NCBI GenBank assembly: GCA_964509365.1
Contig: CAZDWN010000002.1
Span: forward strand, 167,671 to 231,670
Origin: an uncultured Pseudomonadales bacterium
GTDB lineage: Bacteria; Patescibacteriota; Microgenomatia; UBA1400; UBA12028
Direction of reading: 5' to 3'
DNA: 64,000 nucleotides
Made by a program: the position numbers and the translations under genes. This document shows positions 31,436-42,000 of this stretch, one piece after another. Within the stretch, counting starts at the first letter, position 1. Each line of letters begins with the position of its first letter. The notes under the pieces are model-generated. The model saw only the letters and a list, made by a program, of their open reading frames with translations. It did no database searches and was not told the DNA's origin.

Positions 31436-33628
31436 TTAGTGACAGGGGATATTTGTTCCTTTATCAGTATAACTAGAACCAGCAATTGGTACAAACTCAA
31501 AGTCGTAGCTGGATGCATGCAATACGAGCTTGAGTACGCCATAGGTGGCATCATTCTTTGCGACACTGTTTGCTGCAGTCGTCACAAACTGGGTAAAGTT
31601 GCGACCGCCAGCGCCATTGACGATCTCCACTAGGCCATTGGCGTTGTCGACTGCTCCGCTCGCTGTCATGGGCGCGAATCGCTCGTAATTATGTTCGTGC
31701 CCTGCAAGAACCAATTCGCCATGTCCATCATAAAAGGCTTTGTACAATGGTGTTTTGTCTCCACCTTCATTTGCTCTACTTCCCGAAGTCCAAAGTGGAT
31801 GGTGCACCGTCATGATCGTACACATTTTTGGATTGGCAGCCATGTCGGCACGAAGCCACTGCTCTTGAGGACTGCCTGCGCCGCATCCGCCAGCAGTACT
31901 ACAGTTACTATTCATGTTGTACACGCGCCAACTTCCAATATTGACCGCATAGTACCCTTTGGATCGATCACCAGCGCGACCACTTTGGACGCCAACGCCG
32001 TTGAAATAATCATAATACCCAGATGCGCCAGAGGTAATGTACTCGTGATTGCCGACCGTCGGATAGGTAATACTCTTAAAACGACCCCAAGACTTGTCAT
32101 AAAAGTTCATGAAATCCGCATACGAACCGGACTCATATTGAGTGTCCCCAAGGACAAGCACTGCAGCCGGATTCATTGCCGCCGCGACATTTGCGGTCTC
32201 TTGTTGTTTACACGCTGCCCCTGTGCTTCCTGCGCCGCATACAATATCACCGACTGCTGCCACTACCGGATCCGTACCTGATACTGGTGGGATCGAGGAA
32301 ATTGGTGTGGCTGGAGGTTTAGAGGTTGGAGCCGGCGTCGTGCCACTGGAGCCAGAGCCAGTTTCAAGTGCAGGAAGATTTCGGTTCAAAATGTCGACGT
32401 ACAGATTCTTAAATTGATATCCGTTTGTTTTGAGTGTAGCCGTCCCACTCGTCGTTTGATTGACTTGGTCTGCAGGTTCGACACCAGATCCTTCGCCCCA
32501 CTCGTTCCATGTCTCCGTCAGCTTCCAGGTCACATTTGAAGAGACCATTGCTTTGACGCCAGCTTCAAATGAAGCAGGATCGCGAGGCAGTCGTTCTGCA
32601 GAATTATTGAGCCAAAAGCCAGGGGAGACAAAGTACCACCAGTTGCCTTTGGTGTTCGTACGAATTGCTGGAGCATACTCGTGCCAGCCATCCATCGCCA
32701 ATGGATCGGCGCCAGCGTTGAGTGGATCCGCCTTCATGACCACATAAAAGCCAGTTAGAGCGCGAGCTTGTGACCATCGTGAGAGGTCCTCGCTTGGATT
32801 TGAGCCGGAGTGTGCTGCGTTGTAGACAAACACGACAGGTTTCCCATTGATCTTAAGGTACCCTTTTTGAGTTGCGTAGTTTGATTTGATGTAGTTGAGA
32901 TCACCGACGATTTCGCTAAGTGGCGGATTGCCAAAGCCTTCCTTTTCGTAGTAAATTGCCCAACGTAGATTCGGATATGGGTTGTCGGCTCGATTCATGA
33001 CGTCAGTGATGATGTGTCGGAAAGCTCCGTTGGTCTTGTGTGTCTGTCCCCACCATGAGGAGATCGCAACTTCTTGCTTTGCTTCAGCGAGTTTACGGAG
33101 TTGCCAATAGATGATCGAGTCATTTGAAGAGCTATAGAGCTCGTTCGCAGGATCAAACTTGGTTGGCTCTGGATCAGGAAGATACTCAGAGAACCAGTTA
33201 CCCGGGACACCATGACCGAGATCATTCCACTGACTCCACGTCCCGTCAGTGTTTGGATTTTGATACCACGGATAAAAGAACGTTGCGTAATAGGGAGCAC
33301 TTGGTTGGAATCCCACAGTGCCTGGCAGATTTGTCGGCTGTGGCGTCACCGTAGGGAGTGCTGTGGGGTTTGGAGTAACCACAGCGGTAGGAGCCGGAGT
33401 AATGACTATTCCACCAAACTGCAAATATTGCCCGTTTGAGGCCGTAGAATCCGACAGGACTTGTACAGCTCCAATCGTGGCTGAGTTTTCCGCTTCAAGC
33501 GTCGTGTACTGAGCGGCTTTTGAAAAGAAATGGGTGACGCTATTCGCGACGAGCACACCGACGAGCAAAGTAATAAATAAGACGAGTACAAGGACAAAAG
33601 ACAGTAGGTTTGGTTTTTTATTCTCCAT
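31436..33628 (-). CDS. Membrane-anchored protein with a putative glycoside-hydrolase-like (GH99/endo-alpha-mannosidase-like) TIM-barrel domain and a C-terminal metallophosphatase
   Basis: TM anchor and a PT linker. YYATFFYPWYQNPNTDGTWSQW...SSWWGQ...WAIYYE resembles GH99-type motifs; that family assignment is tentative. The C-terminus carries VAAVGDIVCGAGS, VLGDTQYESG, TVGNHEY and AGHEHNYERF. Confidence 0.6.
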   Translation of the reverse strand: MENKKPNLLSFVLVLVLFITLLVGVLVANSVTHFFSKAAQYTTLEAENSATIGAVQVLSDSTASNGQYLQFGGIVITPAPTAVVTPNPTALPTVTPQPTNLPGTVGFQPSAPYYATFFYPWYQNPNTDGTWSQWNDLGHGVPGNWFSEYLPDPEPTKFDPANELYSSSNDSIIYWQLRKLAEAKQEVAISSWWGQTHKTNGAFRHIITDVMNRADNPYPNLRWAIYYEKEGFGNPPLSEIVGDLNYIKSNYATQKGYLKINGKPVVFVYNAAHSGSNPSEDLSRWSQARALTGFYVVMKADPLNAGADPLAMDGWHEYAPAIRTNTKGNWWYFVSPGFWLNNSAERLPRDPASFEAGVKAMVSSNVTWKLTETWNEWGEGSGVEPADQVNQTTSGTATLKTNGYQFKNLYVDILNRNLPALETGSGSSGTTPAPTSKPPATPISSIPPVSGTDPVVAAVGDIVCGAGSTGAACKQQETANVAAAMNPAAVLVLGDTQYESGSYADFMNFYDKSWGRFKSITYPTVGNHEYITSGASGYYDYFNGVGVQSGRAGDRSKGYYAVNIGSWRVYNMNSNCSTAGGCGAGSPQEQWLRADMAANPKMCTIMTVHHPLWTSGSRANEGGDKTPLYKAFYDGHGELVLAGHEHNYERFAPMTASGAVDNANGLVEIVNGAGGRNFTQFVTTAANSVAKNDATYGVLKLVLHASSYDFEFVPIAGSSYTDKGTNIPCH

Positions 33629-33672
33629 ACTCTAATAATTACATACTCTTCTTACACTTGTCTACGGCCAAC

Positions 33673-36600
33673 TTACTCTGGGGTCGTGAATTGGTGATTT
33701 GCATCATAGACATAGTTCTTCCCTTGACTCATCACTTCGTAGTTATACAGAGTTCCTGGAGTCAGGCCAGTAATTTCCACACGGTGCTCGTGTACTTTGT
33801 CTGTCGATTGGACGTCTTTGCCATAATCTGCGGTGGGACCATAACTCACTTTCGAAGTCGCTAAGTGATTGGTTTTCCAGGTAACGACCATGCTCGTCGG
33901 CGTCGATGTCTCGACGTGTAACTCTGAGATCTGTGTAGGGTTGCTGTCCATGACGATCTCGGTAAAGGAAGTTTTGGTGTATGCGATCCAATCGCCAAAT
34001 CGGGAAGCAAATTGTTTTGGTGCTTGCAGTGATCTTGCGATATCGACCATCCCTCGCTGGAGGATCGCAGCGATAAATTGTCCTGCAGAGCGGGAAAATC
34101 CGAAGATCCGCGAGAGTAAGTTCATTCCTTTTTGCACTGGTACGACTGCCTGAGTTGGCTTCATTGTTGGTCCAGGCGTCTGTTCTTTCGTGATCTCAAG
34201 TTCCGCTTGCACTTTCTGCTTTTCTACTGGCGGCAACTTCTCAGTTTCTTTCTCGATAATTGCTTGTTCTTCAGGCGTTGCGACTTGAGAGATTCCTGCC
34301 ACGGTAAAATTCACGCTGAGGCTTCCTTCATTGTCCACTTGGTCACTGCCAGTCAAGGTGAGCCTGAAACTTCCAAGAGGCAGCTTCGCGCTTGGAGTAA
34401 ATTCAAATGGAGAGTACTTATTACTTTGATTGAGGGAAGTGTCAACAATCATACTTCCGGTATCTTCCCAATAATTGAGATTGAGTGCGATCGTCGTCAA
34501 ACTGTACAGCTCATACACGCCGAAACTATTTTTCTTTTCTACTCTTGCCACCACATTGCGTAGTCCAGATGCCACCCGAGATGCCACAGAGTCGCCATTG
34601 AGACGGTCAGTACTTTTCCCGAAGAACGTCGGAGTCCGATCAGTGGTCGAAAAGAGATATTGCGAGGATTGCACGTGAATATCATTGAGTTGCGAGAGCG
34701 TCACATCTGGAGCACTTGTATCGACAAAGACTGTCGCTGCCGCAGTTCGAGTGTTCCCGACGTTGTCATAGGCGACAACTTTCCAATCTCTGCTTCCTTC
34801 TTTGAGTTCGCCACCATTCTTGTCGCTTCCCCAACTCGCAGACGATTTTGTCTGGACGGAGACAAAGTTATTCGTAGGATCGCTGTCAGCAAACCCATCA
34901 AAATGGATGCGATATGTTTCATTTTCGACATCAGCGGTACCGGTCACTGGAATGTTATCGATTGAGAAGCTTCCAGTAGATCCGTTTGAGACTTCCAACC
35001 GAAAATGGCTCAAGCCACTACCAGCATCTGCATTTGCTGGCACATTCCATTGGTAGGTAGGGCGTGATGATTGAATGTACGAATGATCACTCGGATTCTT
35101 GATCGAGAAATTGAGTGGAGCAGTCGTATCGTAGATAATACTCGCGGAGTAGATGCCAGACTCGACATTGCTAGGATTTTTATAGCGGACATAGACAGTT
35201 TTGGAACCGTCGACGGTTGGACTTGCCAGTGTCCATGATTTTGAGCTAGCAAAACTCTCGTAGGACGCGCCACTCAAATCACTGTTGTTCGATATCTTCA
35301 TCGAGAGCAGATTTGAAGCATACACTCCATCACTTGCACTAAGCGTCAATGTTACTGAAGATGAATTCGTCGAAGATGCACCTCCATTGATCGTAATTGA
35401 ACCAGACGGTGTGGACGTCGAGATGGAATGAGAGCCATTGCTCGAATAGCTGGAATCATTGCCAGCTACGTCCGTCGCCTTGACTCTGAAATACCACGTT
35501 CCGTCGATGAGCGGCGTGCTATGCGTGTATGAAGTCGTCGCCGATGTTGCGCTCGATACGCCACTCAAAAACGCAGCATCTTGTGACCATTGCAATGTAT
35601 ATGGAGTACCAGTGAGTCCGCTCGAAGCATCTGATGACGCAGACCAGGTCCACGTAGGTGTTGTCAAACTCGCTGGACTCGCAGAAGTGGGAGTCCCTGG
35701 CGTCGCAGGAGCCGTGCCATCAAAATAGTATGGTCCAAGATTCACTGTCCCATTTGCGACGTCGGCGCTGTTGTAGCCTTTTACATGCAAGTACCAAGAG
35801 TTGGAATCAGATGTGGCTGTTTTTGCCAACGTGGATGAGCTCCACTGGGTTTCTGTGTCATTAAATGTATGAGTTGACGTTGTATCCCAGACGTAGCGGA
35901 AATATTGGACGGAACCTGCTCCAAATCCTAGTGTATTCGTAAACGTAAACGTCGAAGTATTTGTCCATGTCGAGGTCGCGACAGGATTCGTGACATTTCC
36001 TGAGGTTGGTGCCGTAGAGAGTGTCACTGCACTCGCGTTTGACGATGCGATACTATCTCCTGCGGCGTTTGATGCCACAACTTTCCTGGTGTAACTCGTA
36101 TTCGGTGACAATCCCGATTCTGTGCACGTAACGGTTCCACCGGTCCCCGATGAAGGTGACGCAACGGTGCATTGCGTCGTGCCACCAGTCGTCAAGACGC
36201 GGAAACCAGTTTCGTTGGAGGCATTATCGGTAAAGCTCCATGTGATCGAGGTGGTGCTGGCGGCACTTCCTGACAACGTAGATGGGGCAGACGGGACTGC
36301 TAGCGTCGTAAAGCTACGCGGAGTTTGCGTCCCGCCAAACGTATTTGACCCGCCTGGATCGATCGCGTAACTTCGCCAATAATAGGTAGTGCCATATGCG
36401 AGTGCAGATTGCACCGTGTATGTAGCTTGTGTACCGCTCGTGTAGGCTGTGCTTGTTTGCGTATTTTGACCCGACCAGCCTGTCTGACTGCTCGTTTGAT
36501 CAAAAGTCTGGCAGCCCACACTCATGCCCACATTGGTGCACAGTTCAATTTTATAGCGCAAATAATCTGATTCGGTGTCCGTTCCCGTCGTAAGAAGTGA

Positions 36601-38562
36601 GGGAGTGACGGACTGCCCAGTTGCAGCATCTGCCGGACTATCGAGCGAAGGAGTCGGTGGCGTCGCATTGATTTTCCAGGCAGCATATCGGTAGGTAGTA
36701 GCATTAATGTTGGTTTCAGATTGGCTTCCGCCAACTGAAAATCCGTTGCTCAAGAAAGCGGTCAATCGATCCGTTTGGACTGCGGTCGCGACAAAGAAAA
36801 GCGTCGAGTTACCGACTAGAGTGCTTGGTCGGAATACCGCATTGAATCCACCAGTTGACTTGTTCCACAGCAAATCTGGAGAAAATCCGATGGCAGTAAT
36901 ATTCTGAGCACTCCCTGTCCCACTATAATGGTTGACATAAAACGTTGAACTAGTCTTGAAAGAAAAGAAATTGAAGACCGTGACGGTACCGCCGTTGACA
37001 CGAGTACTTGTCCCGACTTGGAATCCATCGGAGTTAAATCCCTGGATATTGTCAGTGCTCTCCGCGACTCCGCTAAATCCCATGGAGGCATCACCCGTCT
37101 CGTCTGAGGTGCGCCACATTCCTGATGCAGCTGAGTTTGGTTTGATTGCAACTAAGTCAGGCTGAAATGGCATGCGAGAAATATTTCGATTGTCGATCGC
37201 GGCCCCAGTATACGCACCCACCATAAAGTCAGCGGCGCCTGTATTCTTTTCGGGATTAAATGCATTTCCAAATGCCTGATAGTGATATACCGTTGCATTC
37301 GTGTTGACCGTGGCATCTGCACCGACACTAAAACCCGTGCTATCCAAGGAAGTAATTCCCCCGGTAAAATTGGCAGAGGTATTTGCAAGATAGGAAGTAC
37401 TATCCCCTTTCATCATGCTTGTGCGAAATACACTCTGTGTCGCTGCGGCTGCGTCTTTGATCATCACGACATCGGGAGTGAATCCAAATCCAGACAACGA
37501 CTGTGACGTCCCATTTCCCGTATAGGTCCCAACCTTCATTTTATATGTGCCAGATCCAGAAGGATTGCTTGCGCCTCCAAACGCCGCCCAGTAGAGAGTT
37601 TTCCCACTCTCATTCGCCGCGACATCTGTACCGACGGTAAATCCGTTTGTATCCAATGATTTGATTTGACCAATTGCGTTGTTACTATCACTAAACGCTC
37701 CACTGTAATCACCAAATGTTTCAGTCAAGTTAAATTCAGCTCGCACCGGTGTCGTTGCATTCGCGTTCTTGAGCCAAACGAGGTTTGGTTTATAGCCCGG
37801 GGCGGTAATCGCTTTGTTGTCGAGCCCGTCACCAGTAAATGTGCCGACACTAAATGCATTACTGGTCGATTTAAAGGCGAAGAACCAGTAGTTGGTACTA
37901 CTAGAGTTGACTCGAGTCGCTGGGCCGACCGTAAAACCGGTACTATCAAGTGTTTTAAATACGCTCCCGTCAGAAACTTCATTCGCAGCGCTAAATGATT
38001 GCGAGTCATTGGTAGGCATGCTTGAAGTCATGTACGCGGCCGTCGTGGCTCCAGATCCTTTGATCACCACCATATTTGGAGTAAACCCAGTGCTCGTCAA
38101 CGCATGTGTCGATGCAGCATCTCCGGTATAGCTGCCGACGCAAAACGTCCCACTGGACGTACAGTCTGAGCCACGAAATGCGACCCAAGTAAATCTGACA
38201 TTCGCACCGTTGACATCGGCGTTAGTGCCCAGGGTGAAGCCATCACTATCGAGTGATTGGATGGCATCAGTTCCGATATCGGCCGTCGCATCAGCGAGAA
38301 GTGCGGACGTCTCTCCTGACATGGCTGATGACTTCCAGACTGAACCGAGTGATCCGTTTCCACTGTCATCCTTGATGATGATCAACTGTGGTTGAAATCC
38401 GACACCAGTAATGGCGCGATTATCGACGCCATCGCCCATGTAGTAGCCGGTTTGCATTTGAAAAGTCGCCGCAAACGCTTGATGACTCGTGAGCGCCAGT
38501 AAAAACAACACGCTGAGGAACGTAGCTATTTTTTTGACGATGAATGGAGCGTGAAGTCGCAT
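33673..38562 (-). CDS. Giant secreted surface protein (1629 aa) with six repeated beta modules, FN3 and Ig-like domains and a C-terminal PAP-N-like FN3 domain
   Basis: Signal peptide. Modules recur with the motif G[FY]xP[NDQ]LV.IK. FN3 modules are present (SAPSTLSGSAASTTSITWSFTDNASNETGFRV). The C-terminus LHVETSTPTSMVVTWKTNHLATSKVSYGPTADYG...GLTPGTLYNYEV resembles the N-terminal domain of purple acid phosphatases. Confidence 0.7.
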   Translation of the reverse strand: MRLHAPFIVKKIATFLSVLFLLALTSHQAFAATFQMQTGYYMGDGVDNRAITGVGFQPQLIIIKDDSGNGSLGSVWKSSAMSGETSALLADATADIGTDAIQSLDSDGFTLGTNADVNGANVRFTWVAFRGSDCTSSGTFCVGSYTGDAASTHALTSTGFTPNMVVIKGSGATTAAYMTSSMPTNDSQSFSAANEVSDGSVFKTLDSTGFTVGPATRVNSSSTNYWFFAFKSTSNAFSVGTFTGDGLDNKAITAPGYKPNLVWLKNANATTPVRAEFNLTETFGDYSGAFSDSNNAIGQIKSLDTNGFTVGTDVAANESGKTLYWAAFGGASNPSGSGTYKMKVGTYTGNGTSQSLSGFGFTPDVVMIKDAAAATQSVFRTSMMKGDSTSYLANTSANFTGGITSLDSTGFSVGADATVNTNATVYHYQAFGNAFNPEKNTGAADFMVGAYTGAAIDNRNISRMPFQPDLVAIKPNSAASGMWRTSDETGDASMGFSGVAESTDNIQGFNSDGFQVGTSTRVNGGTVTVFNFFSFKTSSTFYVNHYSGTGSAQNITAIGFSPDLLWNKSTGGFNAVFRPSTLVGNSTLFFVATAVQTDRLTAFLSNGFSVGGSQSETNINATTYRYAAWKINATPPTPSLDSPADAATGQSVTPSLLTTGTDTESDYLRYKIELCTNVGMSVGCQTFDQTSSQTGWSGQNTQTSTAYTSGTQATYTVQSALAYGTTYYWRSYAIDPGGSNTFGGTQTPRSFTTLAVPSAPSTLSGSAASTTSITWSFTDNASNETGFRVLTTGGTTQCTVASPSSGTGGTVTCTESGLSPNTSYTRKVVASNAAGDSIASSNASAVTLSTAPTSGNVTNPVATSTWTNTSTFTFTNTLGFGAGSVQYFRYVWDTTSTHTFNDTETQWSSSTLAKTATSDSNSWYLHVKGYNSADVANGTVNLGPYYFDGTAPATPGTPTSASPASLTTPTWTWSASSDASSGLTGTPYTLQWSQDAAFLSGVSSATSATTSYTHSTPLIDGTWYFRVKATDVAGNDSSYSSNGSHSISTSTPSGSITINGGASSTNSSSVTLTLSASDGVYASNLLSMKISNNSDLSGASYESFASSKSWTLASPTVDGSKTVYVRYKNPSNVESGIYSASIIYDTTAPLNFSIKNPSDHSYIQSSRPTYQWNVPANADAGSGLSHFRLEVSNGSTGSFSIDNIPVTGTADVENETYRIHFDGFADSDPTNNFVSVQTKSSASWGSDKNGGELKEGSRDWKVVAYDNVGNTRTAAATVFVDTSAPDVTLSQLNDIHVQSSQYLFSTTDRTPTFFGKSTDRLNGDSVASRVASGLRNVVARVEKKNSFGVYELYSLTTIALNLNYWEDTGSMIVDTSLNQSNKYSPFEFTPSAKLPLGSFRLTLTGSDQVDNEGSLSVNFTVAGISQVATPEEQAIIEKETEKLPPVEKQKVQAELEITKEQTPGPTMKPTQAVVPVQKGMNLLSRIFGFSRSAGQFIAAILQRGMVDIARSLQAPKQFASRFGDWIAYTKTSFTEIVMDSNPTQISELHVETSTPTSMVVTWKTNHLATSKVSYGPTADYGKDVQSTDKVHEHRVEITGLTPGTLYNYEVMSQGKNYVYDANHQFTTPE

Positions 38563-38572
38563 AGGAATGTCT

Positions 38573-39040
38573 TTACTGAACGATTACCGTTCCCTTCAAT
38601 CCTGGATGCAGGGTGTCTTCATAGGTATAGGAACCTACTTTATTAAAAATAATTTGTCCGGATTTTTTTGGAGTGATTGGAATGGTCTGCGCACCACCAG
38701 TGACTGAAATTTGATGCTTCGCTGTATCGTCATTGGTCCAGAGGATGGTGGTGCCCTTCTTGATTGACACGGGGTCAGGAGAAAAGCCAGTAGATTTGAT
38801 AGACACTTTTACATCATCCAAATATACTTCACCATGAGCAATCTCTTCTGCAGTTGGCTGATCTTCATTTTCTGCGCTTTCATCTTCTTCAAGCAGTTTG
38901 TTAACATTTTCTTTTTTGTCTGCAGGAGCGTCTTTTTGGAAAAACAATTGATATTTACTGCTGAGCTCTGTTTTTGCGAAGATCACACCGGCGCCAATTA
39001 CTATTGCGATACAGATTATAATTGGCGCCGTCTTTTTCAT
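38573..39040 (-). CDS. Small membrane-anchored cupredoxin-like protein (Cupredoxin_1-like, with no Cys ligand)
   Basis: TM helix, acidic linker, then TGFSPDPVSIKKGTTILWTNDDTAKHQI...GSYTYEDTLHPGLKGTVIVQ. This matches the cupredoxin-like pattern (FSP..[IL]T[IV]K.G...W.N.D...H...Y.[FY].C..HP.MKG.I.V), but Asp sits where the Cys ligand would be. Confidence 0.45.
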   Translation of the reverse strand: MKKTAPIIICIAIVIGAGVIFAKTELSSKYQLFFQKDAPADKKENVNKLLEEDESAENEDQPTAEEIAHGEVYLDDVKVSIKSTGFSPDPVSIKKGTTILWTNDDTAKHQISVTGGAQTIPITPKKSGQIIFNKVGSYTYEDTLHPGLKGTVIVQ

Positions 39041-39044
39041 CGTA

Positions 39045-42000
39045 TTAAGGGCCTACGCTCACATTCTGAGCGATGGCGTCATCAAATAAGATATCAAATG
39101 TTCTTCCAGTATTTACTTCACCGAGCACTAGACGACCTACATTCGTCGTTCCGAGATCATCGGAGGTGCTTGAGAACGTCGTGTCCAGCGTGCCGTCGTA
39201 CCAGACTTCATGCGTGCTTGAGGTACCGTTGATAATGCTGTGGAGTTCGACACTGTGCCAAGCATTTTGCGTTGGGACGGTCGTACTACACGTATTCGTC
39301 GCGGTCTTTTCATTGCGCAGACAGAGTTTGTTGGTAGTGCCATCGATATACACTTTGATGAGAGCTACATCACTACTATCTCGCATCGATACCAGTCCGA
39401 CACCAGATCCGACTGCTTGCGACTTCATGTTGAAGTATGTTCGCAGATACACATTTGGCTGCGAGGTCGACAACGTCTTACGCAAGTTCGTTGCAGCACT
39501 TGTCGTATTTCCCTCTGCGGCATAGGTGCCAGCGTGGACAGTCGTCGTCTGTGACGAGAAGTTGTTATTCGTCGTCCAGTAACTCAATGATCCTGACTCA
39601 AAATCTTCGCTCAAGATTAGCAGTGGCAACGCATAGTTTTGCGTTGTCGTATTGCCAGATGTCACCGTGACAGAGGCTAATTGAGTCGTGTACCCAGTTT
39701 TGCTTGCCGTTACCGTATACGTGCCTGATGCTACACCAGAGAGCGTATAGACACCTGATCCATTCGTGGTTGCAGAGCCTCCAGAGTAGGATACAGTGAC
39801 TCCACTGACTGCTGCAGACGTACCCGCGTCAGTTACTGTTCCCGTGATCGTACCGATATTGGATCCAGTCAACGCGATGTTGACTGTCGACGTACTGCCA
39901 GCGTAGACCGTGGCACTACCCGTGTTGTTCGTGTAATTGGTCTTACTCGCCGTCACAGTATAGGTTCCAGGAGCGACGTCGCTGAGCGTGTACACTCCAC
40001 TCCCATCAGCAGTGGTACTCCCACTACTGATACTGACTCCAGCTCCGCCGAGGGTCGCTGAGGATTGTGCATCAGTGATTGTTCCCGTGATCGTTCCTCC
40101 TGCACTTCCCACTCTGACATTTTGGACAACGACATCATCAAAGATGACATCGTAGGTTCGACCAGTTGTGGTCTCACCGAGATAGATTCTTCCAGTGTTG
40201 TTTGTCCCAAGATTTGCACTGCTACTCGTAAGAGTGGCAATGGATGTTCCATCGAGCCAAACTTCATGGGCACTTGCAGATGAACCATTGACGAAGACGT
40301 GCATCTCAATACTGTGCCAAGTGTTCGCCGTTGGTACCGTTGTCGAACACGTGCTTACTGCCGTAATATCATTTCTCATACAGAGCTTATTCGTTGTCCC
40401 ATCGATATAGACCTTGAACATTGCTCCGTCCGCAGCTGTTCGAGTCGCGATCAGTGAGACATTTGAGCCCGACGCCTGAGAAACAAGCTTATAATACGCT
40501 CGGTAATACACGTCGGCATACGATGATGCAAACGTTTTCTTTGCGTTCACGGCTACAGATCCAGTGGTACTTCCTTCTGCACTATACGTTCCGTAATGAA
40601 CGTTTGAAGTTTGCGCTGACATGCTTGCAGTTGAAGTCCAAGCGGTCATATTTCCTGTTTCGAAATCATCCGCAAATATTCGCAGAGGTAACGCGAAGTT
40701 TTGTGTGGTCGCAGTGGCCGCAGTGACGGTGACACTCGCTGCTTTGGTCGTATACCCCGTCTTTGATGCCGTTACGTCATAAGTGCCTGGTGTGACTCCG
40801 GTAATGGTATAGACACCTGACCCATTGGTCGTCGTGCTGCCACCTGAGTATGAGACAGTCACTCCACTGACCGCTGCAGAGGTGCCAGCATCAGTGACCG
40901 TGCCTGTGATATTTCCAGTGGTTGGAGCCAGTGAAAAGTTTTGAGTGACGGTTCCAGTCGTATTCATTGAGACATTTGGGTTCTGCGTCGTATACCCGGT
41001 CTTACTCGCAGTCACGGCAACGGTGCCTACCGGGACATTCACGAGAGTGTATGTTCCTGCGGCACTGGTGGTCGTACTTGATCCTGAGTAGGAGACAGTC
41101 ACACCACTGACATTTGCAGTTGAGAGCGAGTCAGTGACGGTCCCGGTGATCGACCCGACGGCTACACCTGACTGAGCATTTGCAAGGATGACATCATCGA
41201 AGACGACATCAAACGTGCGGCCAGAGTTCGATTCTCCCAAGAGAATTCTTCCGACATTGTTGGTACCCAGACTATCACTCGTACTCGTGAGTGAGGAGAC
41301 CGCAGTACCGTCATACCAGACTTCACGTGTACTTGAGGTACCATTGATGATGGTATGGAGTTCGACACTGTGCCAAGCATTTTGCGTTGGGACGGTCGTG
41401 CTGCACGTGTTCGTCAACGAGATTTCATTGCGATAACACAGTTTTCCTGTCGGTCCATCGATATACACTTTGTTGATTGCCGCATCAGCCGATGTGCGCA
41501 TAGCGAGCAGTCCCATACCTGATGCTGTTGACTGAGACTTCGTATAGAAATAAGTACGATAGTACAGATTGGAATATGTACTTGCCAACGTCTTTCGTAA
41601 GTTAGCAGTCGCACTTGCCACATTTCCTTCTGCAGCTTGCGTTCCAAGATTGTACGTAGTGCCCTGGACCGTTATCGCGCTACCAGTGTTGGTCGTCCAT
41701 GCACTCGTATTTCCTGATTCAAAATCATCACTGAAGATGACTGCTGGCATTGCAAAGTTTTGAGTAACGACACTTCCAGTGGTCGTCGCCACATTTGCAG
41801 ACTTTGTCTCATACCCAGACTTGCTGACAGAGATTGCCGCTGTACCAGTACCGAGACCGACAATCGCATAGTTTCCGCTTGCATCGGTCGTCGTAGATCC
41901 GCCTGGATAGGTGACTGTGGCTCCATTGACTGGACTTGTGGTCCCAGCATCAGTGACCGTACCGGTGATTGATGCATTGTTTACCAATGAGGCATTTTGA

